Positions 10,510-20,795 of a stretch of 64,000 bases of DNA are shown here, one piece after another. Position 1 is the stretch's first letter. Every line of letters begins with the position of its first letter. The position numbers and the translations under genes are program-made. The DNA lies in IMG/VR virus record IMGVR_UViG_3300023179_004149, positions 256,935 to 320,934 of that record, one strand, 5' to 3'. Below the pieces are notes generated by a model that made no database searches, was not told the DNA's origin, and saw nothing but the letters and a program-made list of their open reading frames with translations.

Positions 10510-13500
10510 TTATTCGTATTCCTTTAAGCGTTTGTCAATCTTTGCTTGGTCACACTCATTCTCGAGCCTGGTTAAATTAGACCTATACTTCTCTATCAAG
10601 GTGGTGTATTGTTCCAATGTTATATCTTCCATGATGGAACCACATTGAATAACGAATCGGTGTTTATACTTATGTATGGTACACTGGTAGTCACGACTGA
10701 TTGTGCGTTTGAAGAAAAAGAGATATCTTTCTTTTTCATCATGTCTTCCAGTGACTGTTGATGCTTCGTCAAGCACATGCATATAGAAAATATGAACTGG
10801 TGGTTCATCTTCAAACTTAATTATAAGTTGGTTATGATACGCTGGTGATATCGAATTATTTTCTGGACAATATTTTCTATTGATCTTAGCAACAATATTG
10901 GATTGTTCGTTATAGCTTTTGAACGGCTTATTATTGTTAATAAAATTTACCGATACCTTGGTAAGAACATATTTGGAATCGTACATCAAATCGTTATCCC
11001 ATTTGATACTTGGTTTACGTTTACCCTGTGAACCATAAAATTGAACATCGTCAATGCAATGTGTGGCGAGTTGGAGAAGTTTTCCCATTGTTATTTGTTT
11101 TTATATTTTTATATTTTTCTAACCATTCATGGAAAGTGGAATCGGCCATATGTCCCATTACCATCTTCCAACATTCGTACATATCGTCATCAGTCCACCG
11201 CTTTGGTTTTTCGTAGGGGCCTCCGAATGGAGGGTTTTCTTTCGACCATTCTTCCAGGGTGAATCTGTGTTGCGCACAAGTGCTACATTCTTTTTCACAT
11301 CGTTGATTACCTTTCTCAGCATCTTCATGTTTGCAGGTGAAGTTATGCAGAACATTATCAATTTCTTCTTGTGTTGCCGATCTAAGGGCTATTTCATATA
11401 CGCCACAAGAAACATCATCAGGGAAATAAGCCAAGCCCCGATGAAATATCTGGGGTATCTGGAACGCCAAGATACCTTTTGTTGGTTGTTTCAACCCTTG
11501 TATCTTAAAAGTATAACCTTCAACATACCCACGACCACCGAAGTTCGGCTCAACAGAACTTCCGTTATGGAATCCAGGTATGCATGTTACCCAATCACCT
11601 TCGTTGTATTTTCTTGTCATGGATACAAAAGTAAAAAATTATTTTGGATTAACCAAATTCTTTTTTTGTTTGGGTTGACTATATTCATTAGTAAAAAATT
11701 CAGATAACCATCCGTTATCACGAGATATACGATAAGCAATGGATCTGCTATTCATGAAGAAATCTTTTACGGTATCGTATTTAGCGGCCTCTTTTTTACA
11801 AGCCCCATATGTCCAAGTACTCTCCCAGTACGGACTAAATTCGCTTTTTATTTCTTTCTCCGCTTTATAATAGTTTGATGTTAGATCACACTTAAACTTA
11901 ATCTCGTGTTCTTTACAAATGTAATAAAGGGTGGATAAACAATCAAAAAATGTGTTCAGGGGTTTATCTATACAGGACTCGGTAGGAGTATCATTGCTGA
12001 TATATTCCCTATATGCCGTTACCAAAGTATAAATAGTAAACGTGGTTGGTACATTATCGCTATATTTAATTTCACGTTCACATCTTAGATAATACTTACC
12101 AAATATATGTTGTATATCAACATAAAAGTGAACAATTAAATTTGGATCCTCTTTGTGTACTCGCAATATTTCCGTTAAGGAACGAGAGATATATTCTGAA
12201 AAGTCGACATATGTCTTCATATATACAGTAATTATTTTGGATTAATCAAATTAAATCTTTCTGGTGTTACCAGATCGCATGTAAATTCCCCTATTTGGTT
12301 TTCACCCACCCTTGAATAAAAAAGGTAAACATCGTCAGTCGGAACGTGTAGATACCATGGAAGACCCATCATAGCCGCTGGGTCTTTTCCGTTTATCAAC
12401 ATCTCTGTGCGTATAACGTGTTTATCGTAAGTTATTTTGAGCAGGTAATGTTTAATAAAGTTATCGGGTATCTCTATTGGCAACTGTAGTTGTTCATGGA
12501 GAGATGTCTTGTAGTCTAAGTTTTTTATATCTCGCCAGCTATCTTTGGTTTTAAGGTTCAGGAGTATGGTCTTATCATAATCTTTATGAAAATAATAATC
12601 GTTGAAATCCAGAGAGAACCTGTATTCGGGTATGCCGAGATATTCTTCAAATGTCATAACTTATAACTTTTTATCAGGTCTTCAGCCTGATCTTTTTGTA
12701 GTTCGGTAATTGGTTGACCTACGTTAGCTATAATAGTGTTGAGAAAGTCTTTAAGAGTGCCAGGATCGGTCGGATCTGGGTTGAGTGCCCTGATGTTATT
12801 GAACCTTGAATTGCTGTAGTTAAACGGTAAAGACGAGCCACTATAATTTATTATAGATATCGATTTTGTATCTGGGTCATTAAACAAAACAATGTTAGTA
12901 ACGACTCTCTCACCAAGTTCATATGTTATGCTATCACCAGATTTGAATAGACTTAAACGTTTCTCGTTTAGCTTTCTTTTTTTATTATACCACATACATA
13001 TTAAATTTCTTTTCTCCCGTGGGTTAATGTAACGTATTTATCTTTTCGATACTCTTCCCAAGTATCGTTCCACGGCCCACGGAACGTTAAAGCCCATGTG
13101 TCTTCATGAGATAGTACTTTATGAAAGTTAGTTCTGGCTGTGTATTTTGGTATTAAAGAGGGTGCGTAATCCTTTTCCTCACCGTTGAGTCTTATCTCGG
13201 TTACTTTGCCTTTTAACCACCAGGTTAAGGCATTAAAAGCATGATTATGGTATGCTTCACGTGTTCCCTTTTTAAAGTGTAGAATTCCTATTGAGAACAG
13301 AATCTTCCATTCAATTAGGAAATATCCTGTTACACCAGAGTCATTACCACCATCTGGTTTAACGTAAAGGAACCTCGGAAACCACTTGCTGTTGTATATT
13401 GTTTTAATCATTTTGTTGTTTTACTATTAATTATTTTTTACGTGCTATGGGTAAGCTCCAATCGGGTGAACCAGTACGTTTACATTGGCATTCTTTTTTA

Positions 13501-14638
13501 CCACAACCCATACAAAGACCCTCACGCAATCTTTTCTGTATCTTTCGATGTGCTGGTGAATTGGGTGATGCCATGTGGTCACAGTTGAAGTGACCACATG
13601 AGCATAGATCAATGCTCTTAACCCTTCGTTTTCTTTTTTTCCTGGTGTTTTGCATGTTATTTAATCTTTGCTCTTCATTAATTCGTTTAGTTCGGACTTA
13701 CTCATCAGTTGTTCGAGAACTGTCAAATAAGCGTTCTTCTTACCCTCGTAGTATATTTTATCGTAATAACAATCGTCCGAAGTATGAGCAACCAGGAGTG
13801 CTTCATTATATAATTTACAAGCTTCTTTATATAATATAACAAACTCGCTTTTTAGTTGTTCCCAACAACTAATAAAACCCTCACGTTCTTGATGATATGG
13901 GTTTACATAACCAATTTGTTCCACCCATACTTTTTCTGGGTAATTCTTTAACGCTGCTTTTTGTGCTTTAGTCTTTTTCATGTATTTTAAATACTATCCG
14001 TACACCTATAAAATATACAGCAATCTTTAATGGTTCTATAGTAACTTCTTGTAGCGTTCCTCTTGTGTGTGTAAGTCTGTCTGAGATTTCTGTTCTTTAT
14101 GGGCTTTACGCTCTTTTGCCAATTCGTTGACTTCTTCTTTGAGTTTTTTAATAAGTTTACACACATCGGCGTAATGATAATAAGCCCCGTTATGTGTCAT
14201 GATAGGTTTTATATCCTCTTGTTCCAAGATGAAGTTAGCTACGGGTTCTGGTTCTATCGATAGTTCATCGATTATTTGTTTATCATCAGAAAGATAATAG
14301 ATTTCTGATACGTTACCATTAAAACAAACACGATGATTAACACAACCACCAGCTACATAAGCCCTAACGAAATCTTTTGGTAAACCCTCAACCGAAGTAG
14401 GTAAATTACTTATATAATCTGTATTTATATAATCTGTTTTAATTGCAGATGTTGCAATTATATGACCTTTTGAATCGTATAAATCTAAGGCGCAGAGCAT
14501 GAATTGTGGTATACAACCAAATGTGGCTTTTGCTACCTGATACCTTCTGGGCCTTTCTTTAATGTCGTAGAAGATGTCACCCTCGTAAATAAACATATCA
14601 GTTCCGAGTTCGGTTAGTTTTAATTCTATTTTAGTCAT
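10510..14638 (-). other. block of hypothetical CDSs (10510-11088, 11051-11620, 11639-12220, 12654-12995, 13001-13411 cupin-like, 13431-13655 Cys-rich, 13661-13981, 14036-14638)
   Basis: packed ORFs; 13001-13411 has YHNH...FHKV. Confidence 0.65.
12232..12657 (-). CDS. paralogue family A protein (dispersed copy)
   Basis: MTFEEYLGI, LDFNDYYF, LLNLKTK, SLHEQLQLPI. Confidence 0.7.
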   Translation of the reverse strand: MTFEEYLGIPEYRFSLDFNDYYFHKDYDKTILLNLKTKDSWRDIKNLDYKTSLHEQLQLPIEIPDNFIKHYLLKITYDKHVIRTEMLINGKDPAAMMGLPWYLHVPTDDVYLFYSRVGENQIGEFTCDLVTPERFNLINPK

Positions 14639-14688
14639 AAGATTTAATGTTTCTGATAATATTGATTAATTGCTATAACCTGTCTCAA

Positions 14689-15798
14689 CTATTCATAATT
14701 ACGGATTGCTTTAATCGTTGGAAATCGTGGTACACCTGCTGGTGTATAGTTTTGGAACTTCACCGTTGCCAGCTTGCCGATGTACTTATCTTTATTGGTA
14801 AGCAGTTCCTTGTAATAAGCCTCACCACCAATAGCTGTTGATTTGAAGGTGTCACCGTTTTCATTGAGTTTCAGTATCATGTAACCAGCCATACCTGACC
14901 TATTACCAACACCCTCAACGATGTCCAGGATCTCGAACTCAGCATCCTGAAATTCTTTTCGCTTCAACAGGTTATCTGTACGCTTCTGCTGGTATGCTAC
15001 ATTATTGCGTACCATAATACCTTCGTAACCCAGTTCGAGGAACTTATCATAGATTTCATCCAGCTCGAACTCATTAAAGACAATGTATGTTGGACAGCTA
15101 ACGATCATCGGATTGTTCAGGCTTTTAATCATTTGTTTCACTTTCTTCATCCTGTCGAAGAACAGCATCTCTGGTTCATCCTTGAAGAAGACATCATATA
15201 TATGATATTGTAATACCTTAGCGCTTTCAATCAGATCTTCTGTTGTTGGTTTGGACTTACGAGCCAGAGAGATGATCCTATCAAAGTCGTGTTTCAATTC
15301 ATGGTTATAAATCTCACCATCCAGCACAATGTTATCAGTAAGAAACGGTTTAACCGCTTCAAACAGGTGTGGTACCGATAGCTGCGGTCTACCTTCCCTT
15401 GACAGTTGTTTATTTGCCAGAGTTGTGTTAGAACGCACACCATCGAACTTAGGTTGTACGGCACATGGGTACTTTATCTTGTGCTTAAATTTGCTATACT
15501 CCTTTGCCAGCATAGGTTCAAACTTATCAGATGCGTCAATCTCATTGAGATCATACACATAACCCTTGTCGAGTTTCAGTTTGATCTTGGCATTGGTTTC
15601 GAGCAAGGCTTGCTGTGCGCCAGAGGTTTCTGACTTTTTGCCGACATTCTTAGGGGCACATATAGTTGGTTTAGATTGTGTCATCTTCCCACCATGTTGA
15701 CCTTCAATCGTATAAAACAGGTCGTTCTCCTGAACGATTGTCCATTCTTGAATAGCACCAGTTGATGTACGGCTGTATAAAGTTACTTTAGTTTGCAT
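14689..15798 (-). CDS. lig: ATP-dependent DNA ligase
   Basis: PMLA, QPKFDGVR (KxDG), LDGEIY, YEGIMVR, LLKRK, PRFP; start MQTKV just downstream of the promoter at 15817. Confidence 0.95.
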   Translation of the reverse strand: MQTKVTLYSRTSTGAIQEWTIVQENDLFYTIEGQHGGKMTQSKPTICAPKNVGKKSETSGAQQALLETNAKIKLKLDKGYVYDLNEIDASDKFEPMLAKEYSKFKHKIKYPCAVQPKFDGVRSNTTLANKQLSREGRPQLSVPHLFEAVKPFLTDNIVLDGEIYNHELKHDFDRIISLARKSKPTTEDLIESAKVLQYHIYDVFFKDEPEMLFFDRMKKVKQMIKSLNNPMIVSCPTYIVFNEFELDEIYDKFLELGYEGIMVRNNVAYQQKRTDNLLKRKEFQDAEFEILDIVEGVGNRSGMAGYMILKLNENGDTFKSTAIGGEAYYKELLTNKDKYIGKLATVKFQNYTPAGVPRFPTIKAIRNYE

Positions 15799-15892
15799 TT
15801 GCTTTAGTTTTGAGTACAAAAGTAAGCGTAAAAAACGAGAAAACCAAATTTTTTGTTGGAAAAGTGTAATATTTATGTAGAAGCACAAAAAT

Positions 15893-16273
15893 ATGACTAA
15901 ATTATTAACCCAACAAGATATGATAAAAATGGGAGCAACTGGTTCTTTGAGTAGTGCCTATGACACATATATTCCAGTTGACAAGATCGAAGGGTTAGAC
16001 CCAGAACCAGCCGATTGGACTGATGATGCTGGTAATGTGAGATCCTATGAAAGAGGGGAAATAATAAAAACACCCATTGAAGTGATCTATAATGCGAGAA
16101 ATAACATATATTATCTTCAAAATGGTAATCATCGGGTGAAACAAGCTAAACTAAATGGTGATATGTATATCAGGGCTTTTGTGCAACCCGATAAAGGTAA
16201 AGTCGGCCCAATAAAGCAACTTAGCGAACATATCAATAAGATGAAAAAACTAATGGGTTTACTATCGGATTAA
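15893..16273 (+). CDS. ParB/sulfiredoxin-like domain protein
   Basis: PIEV...YYLQNGNHRV motif; C-terminal LSEHINKMKKLMGL; TATTTAT upstream. Confidence 0.6.
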   Translation: MTKLLTQQDMIKMGATGSLSSAYDTYIPVDKIEGLDPEPADWTDDAGNVRSYERGEIIKTPIEVIYNARNNIYYLQNGNHRVKQAKLNGDMYIRAFVQPDKGKVGPIKQLSEHINKMKKLMGLLSD

Positions 16274-16955
16274 ATTAATCACCTTCCCTTTGTTATGTGA
16301 TACAATATAGTTAACCGCGTCTTCCTGGGTCTTAAAGTTCTTTATCGACTTATATTTTTTAATCGGGAACCACCAGAATAAGAATCTCTTTTTTAAATGA
16401 TATTCTTTAATAAGAACAATCGGGAAAAACTCCATATCCATATAAAATTCGTCGGGTTGTGTATGTTCATACCTATAGGACGTATCAATCTTATATGTTG
16501 TGGAGAAGATCATATACCAGTTACATATCTTCGGTATTTTCATTAGTAAAATATGGTTTGTATTTTATCTCAACAAATTCATATACGTCATTATCGTATG
16601 TGATCTTAACCAGATTCTTCACAGCATTAACCACTTCAATGGTGCATGATTCAATCTGTTCTTTAACCTCAACATCATCATACTCAGATGATAGGTATTG
16701 AGCCAGCAGTTCTTTAAGTTCTTCCTGTGTGTACGTCATTTGATAAATATTAGTTTACTTATTTTCAAATAGTTTTTTTAACGTCAAAGCCAAATAAGGT
16801 AATGTTATCATATATAATAATAACCACCAATATGAATGGTAATGATCCACTAAAAAAGCGGGGCCTAATATGCTAAACAACATACTACTTAGTAATAAAA
16901 TACCTAATACGATAGTGCGCAACAATTTAAAGTACTCAATTAAAAACTTTATCAT
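16262..16955 (-). other. three small hypothetical CDSs (16262-16543, 16521-16739, 16755-16955 membrane)
   Basis: packed ORFs. Confidence 0.6.
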
Positions 16956-17581
16956 ACGAGTTCGATTTGTTCTTCAACTTTATCAATTAAAAAATACCGA
17001 TATTCGCCATCCACTTCAACTTCATCGAGCCATTCTTTAAGGGGTTCAAACAAGGCTGTATCCAGGCGTTTTCCGCCGTTTACACACAGATATGGTTTGT
17101 TAGCTATGAGCATCGGAATAACGTCTATTTTCGCATCTAATAGGGCTTTATAAGGTATTAACCGCTCTGGTTTATTTCCCTTAAAGACGTTGCACTCAAT
17201 ACACATGATCTGATAGTTACTCAGACTATCCTTACCACCTTTTGAACGTGGGTGAATGTGATCGATTGACATAGCAACCCCATCATCTGTATAAAGATCC
17301 CAATGGCGATCAGCACCTCTATTTTTTTCATTAACATGCTTACCTTCGCCAAGACAAAATTGTGTACCAACACGCCCACAACACACACAAGTTGTGTTTA
17401 ATTCAGCGAGGTCGGCGAGGTTATGCTTCCTATCTCTGCTATTCTTTCGGGGTGAGGTTCTAATAAAATCAATACCCTCCTGTAATGGTTTTGTTTCGAT
17501 TATTGTATATCCGAAGTCGAGCATATACCGCTTTGGTATATAAACCTTCGGGCCAGACTTCTTCTTTTTCTTTTTACTCAT
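16952..17581 (-). CDS. HNH endonuclease
   Basis: CVCCG, SIDHIHPRSKGGKDSLSNYQIMCIECN; start MSKKKK at 17581. Confidence 0.9.
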   Translation of the reverse strand: MSKKKKKKSGPKVYIPKRYMLDFGYTIIETKPLQEGIDFIRTSPRKNSRDRKHNLADLAELNTTCVCCGRVGTQFCLGEGKHVNEKNRGADRHWDLYTDDGVAMSIDHIHPRSKGGKDSLSNYQIMCIECNVFKGNKPERLIPYKALLDAKIDVIPMLIANKPYLCVNGGKRLDTALFEPLKEWLDEVEVDGEYRYFLIDKVEEQIELV

Positions 17582-17606
17582 GGTGTAAATATAGACATAA
17601 AAAAAG

Positions 17607-17630
17607 AAACCACCAAATATTTGGTGGTTT
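17607..17630 (-). terminator. 24-bp perfect palindrome, terminator whose 3' arm is the -33 box of the HNH promoter
   Basis: AAACCACCAAAT/ATTTGGTGGTTT followed by a T-tract and TATATTTA. Confidence 0.6.
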
Positions 17631-17658
17631 TTATTTAGAATTTTATTTATAGTTTTAT

Positions 17659-18309
17659 TTACCCGTTGCATTTACCTGTTGCGTTCCTCACGAACTCGAT
17701 GATGTCTTTCATTGCACCGTATTCTGGGTTAATGAACCCACCGATGATATCCTCATATGTGCAACAGAACACAATTGTTGCGGTTAACACAGTTATTGCA
17801 GATGCTATAGCTAATAAAACGCTAGTTACACCTTTGGCGCTATCATCGAGGTCAATGTTAAACGACTCCTTACCGCTACCATCGGGTTTATAACCACACT
17901 GTATAAGATGCGACATATATGTCTTACTAGACTGCGTGTAGAAGATATACGCTAAAACGAAGAGTATAATAACCAGAATAAGATCTGATACAGCCTTTAC
18001 GACCTGTTGTTTAACCAATACAACATATACGTGTTCAGCGCCAACTTTAAGACCGTTGGCAAGACCAGCGATACCTGACTTTACGTCATTATACATGATG
18101 CGGAAGTTGCTTGATGTGTCAACAATCGCAATGCCAGTTTTAACGGCGGCCTTACCGCTGTCTATTACATTACCGATTACTTTTGTACCATCCGAGGCAA
18201 CCTGTTCAATTTGGTCAGCTGCGGTAGTTCCGTGCTTCTTAGCGTAAGTAGATGTGGTAAAACCGATGCTCAATATAAACAGGAGAGCTGCTGTAATGAA
18301 GTTTTTCAT
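17659..18309 (-). CDS. membrane protein with signal peptide
   Basis: N-terminal signal, two TM helices, GFINPEYGA. Confidence 0.7.
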   Translation of the reverse strand: MKNFITAALLFILSIGFTTSTYAKKHGTTAADQIEQVASDGTKVIGNVIDSGKAAVKTGIAIVDTSSNFRIMYNDVKSGIAGLANGLKVGAEHVYVVLVKQQVVKAVSDLILVIILFVLAYIFYTQSSKTYMSHLIQCGYKPDGSGKESFNIDLDDSAKGVTSVLLAIASAITVLTATIVFCCTYEDIIGGFINPEYGAMKDIIEFVRNATGKCNG

Positions 18310-18392
18310 AGTCTTTCTTTTTTGTTTTTTAATTTTGATAATGCAAAAGTACTAAAACTTTTAACACCAACAAATATTTAGTTGTATATTTT

Positions 18393-19051
18393 TTATAGTA
18401 ATAATTCTGATTCTGATTCTGGCGCTGGCCAGTTTATTTTGGTCTCAGACTCGACAATGGTGCAGCTGGTGGGGTAACACGCCACGGTTTTATGATCGAT
18501 ATTAAGTGTACCATCATAAAAGTGATATACACCCTCATCGTAAACATTGTGTTCCGCTATTACTGTTCGAGTGAATGTACCACCACCAGGGTGCATTATC
18601 GTTAACTCAAATTTGGTTTTATTAGTCATCGGAATAATTTTTTATTTGTTCAAATACTTCTTTTAGTTTATGGTAGATCTGGTCGAGTTGTTCAACAGAT
18701 TCTATTACGTATTGACCAGATGTATCAGTTTTAAGTATAATATATCCCTCCTGGTTGTTTACTTCAACGTCCAAGTAATCACCATCATTCTTAAAATGGA
18801 ACTGGTCAACGGCAATAATCAGTTTAGCACTCTCGCCCATATCTGTCATAATTTACTTTACCACCCATACCACCGAAGTTAACAGTAGAACTACCATCAA
18901 AGTACTGTGTTACATCATGTTCCGAACCACTGGGTCCTATCTCTGTTCGGGTTTTTGAAAACTCATCAACAAAGGTATCATCCTCTGTTGCACGTTGGGC
19001 GAAGGTACGTTTGTCTTCGCCCTCAACGTGGAGATAATAATAGCAAAACAT
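18393..19051 (-). other. three small hypothetical CDSs (18393-18629, 18622-18849, 18824-19051)
   Basis: overlapping ORFs. Confidence 0.55.
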
Positions 19052-19221
19052 TAGTATTGGATTTTTAAGATGTCCAGAATAACCCATACCACGTTAGCAA
19101 TGGCCATGATTTTCAAAATAATCGCCACTATCTTGTTAAAGTTTAATTTAGCAACAAGCGTGAAACCAGCGGAAACAAGTACCCAGATATAAAGTACGAT
19201 GTGCATAATTGTTTGTTCCAT
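19051..19221 (-). CDS. 56-aa two-TM membrane protein (not in ORF track)
   Basis: MEQTIMHIVLYIWVLVSAGFTLVAKLNFNKIVAIILKIMAIANVVWVILDILKIQY; promoter at 19238. Confidence 0.65.
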   Translation of the reverse strand: MEQTIMHIVLYIWVLVSAGFTLVAKLNFNKIVAIILKIMAIANVVWVILDILKIQY

Positions 19222-19257
19222 ATGTCTATTTTTTTAACAAAAGTAAGTAATATTTTG

Positions 19258-20283
19258 TTACCAACCAAATTTATTTTTGATTGCTGTCCTGGCTTCCGTG
19301 TATCTATTAACCCAGCTGCCACCGACCTCAACAAACGGCAATTCCTTGTCGGTAAGTACTTGTTTAATTTTATTATAATGGTTCCGCCTTTCATTAAGAA
19401 ATTGACGTGTGCCGTCCTGTATCGCATCACAATCGGGTTTTAACAGAATATACAAATCATACCGTTTACCTTCTTTCTCGATATCATTTAATATTCTATC
19501 AATTTGGCATCTCGAATCTCGTAATTCTGGTATGGTTTCTTTTGGGTGATACATGTCGAAGAATATCTTTGTTGTAAGAATCTCAGTATCAGAGAACATG
19601 AGTTTATTAGCTTGTTTAACCAATGTATCTTCCAGTAATTTGTGACCAGTCGCAATACGGATAAAATCCTCTTTGGTTACCGATTCATTTTCTTCCCATA
19701 CGGTTCTACCATACTCTTCAACGTAGACTGTATCGTACACCTTTGCTAATTGTTTGGTTAACATGGACTTACCACATGACTCAGGACCCATAATGGCTAT
19801 TCTTTTGACAAAATAGGGTTTAACGTGGTCTGGAATGTAATCCCACATGGCAAACGGATCTTTCCTCACCAATGTACCTGAAACAGGCACAATATTGCGA
19901 CCTATATCAACCAGGTGGTGTTTAACACCAAGGTATTGAGCATAGGGATCACCGTAACTTTCTGATGTGAAGATAACATCAATGTCAGGACAGAACCTTT
20001 TAGCCACCCCTACCCAAATGTCCCAGAAGTGTTCAGGGTCTTCCTCTGGTGTTTGAGGTAGTACTTCGTTGATCCAGCATACTGTTACATTAGGGTAGGT
20101 ACGGTACTCATCCTTAACCCATTTGTACCTGATCTCTCCAGGTATTGGTTCAGTTGGTAATGTTCCAACAACCACCGTAACCTTCTCAGAGTGGGCAATC
20201 GCTGTACCAATCAAGAACTGGTGGCCGTCGTGGAACGGCATTGCTTTCATTAAAACATACCCCGATTTATATTGCTTTTCCAT
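19258..20283 (-). CDS. nadR: NadR-type bifunctional NMN adenylyltransferase / ribosylnicotinamide kinase
   Basis: PFHDGH (HxGH), FTSESYG, VSGT, Walker A GPESCGKS, EEYGR, DTE, QDGTR; no HTH domain. Confidence 0.9.
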   Translation of the reverse strand: MEKQYKSGYVLMKAMPFHDGHQFLIGTAIAHSEKVTVVVGTLPTEPIPGEIRYKWVKDEYRTYPNVTVCWINEVLPQTPEEDPEHFWDIWVGVAKRFCPDIDVIFTSESYGDPYAQYLGVKHHLVDIGRNIVPVSGTLVRKDPFAMWDYIPDHVKPYFVKRIAIMGPESCGKSMLTKQLAKVYDTVYVEEYGRTVWEENESVTKEDFIRIATGHKLLEDTLVKQANKLMFSDTEILTTKIFFDMYHPKETIPELRDSRCQIDRILNDIEKEGKRYDLYILLKPDCDAIQDGTRQFLNERRNHYNKIKQVLTDKELPFVEVGGSWVNRYTEARTAIKNKFGW

Positions 20284-20795
20284 TCTTTGTACCCAAAATA
20301 AGCGTTAATTAAAAATATTGTATAAAGTCCAGTGGACAACCAATGTTTGCCCTGAATGAACAAGATGATGTATAAAATGTTAACAAAGCCCCAATAACCC
20401 CATGATTCAAGTTTTTTCTTAGCTGTTAGATACAGAGCGCATATGCTGATGGTGGTTGTTGTTATGTCTAATATCGACAAGTTAAAATCATATAATTGAT
20501 TGATAACATATATGAACGCGATACCAAACATTATAGCACTTAGTTGTATAGATATTGCTATATTATCGGAAAGTGTAACTGTTTTACTATCTGTCTGTTT
20601 CCAGTTAACCCAACCATAAATTGATTGGGCAATGAATAAGACCTGGAGCATCATGTTTGCCCATGACTTGTCTTCCTTGAAGAGGAAGAAGTAACACCCT
20701 GTGCCGATTAATCCAAATAACCAACACCAGATGTTTTGTTTACGAGTTAAGAATACCGATGTTAATGTAAACAGAACGGCTACTATCTCTAACAT
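20250..20795 (-). CDS. pnuC: PnuC-family nicotinamide riboside transporter
   Basis: multi-TM; QNIWCWLFG, SIYGWVNW, KKLESWGYW, YFGYKEW. Confidence 0.9.
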   Translation of the reverse strand: MLEIVAVLFTLTSVFLTRKQNIWCWLFGLIGTGCYFFLFKEDKSWANMMLQVLFIAQSIYGWVNWKQTDSKTVTLSDNIAISIQLSAIMFGIAFIYVINQLYDFNLSILDITTTTISICALYLTAKKKLESWGYWGFVNILYIILFIQGKHWLSTGLYTIFLINAYFGYKEWKSNINRGMF

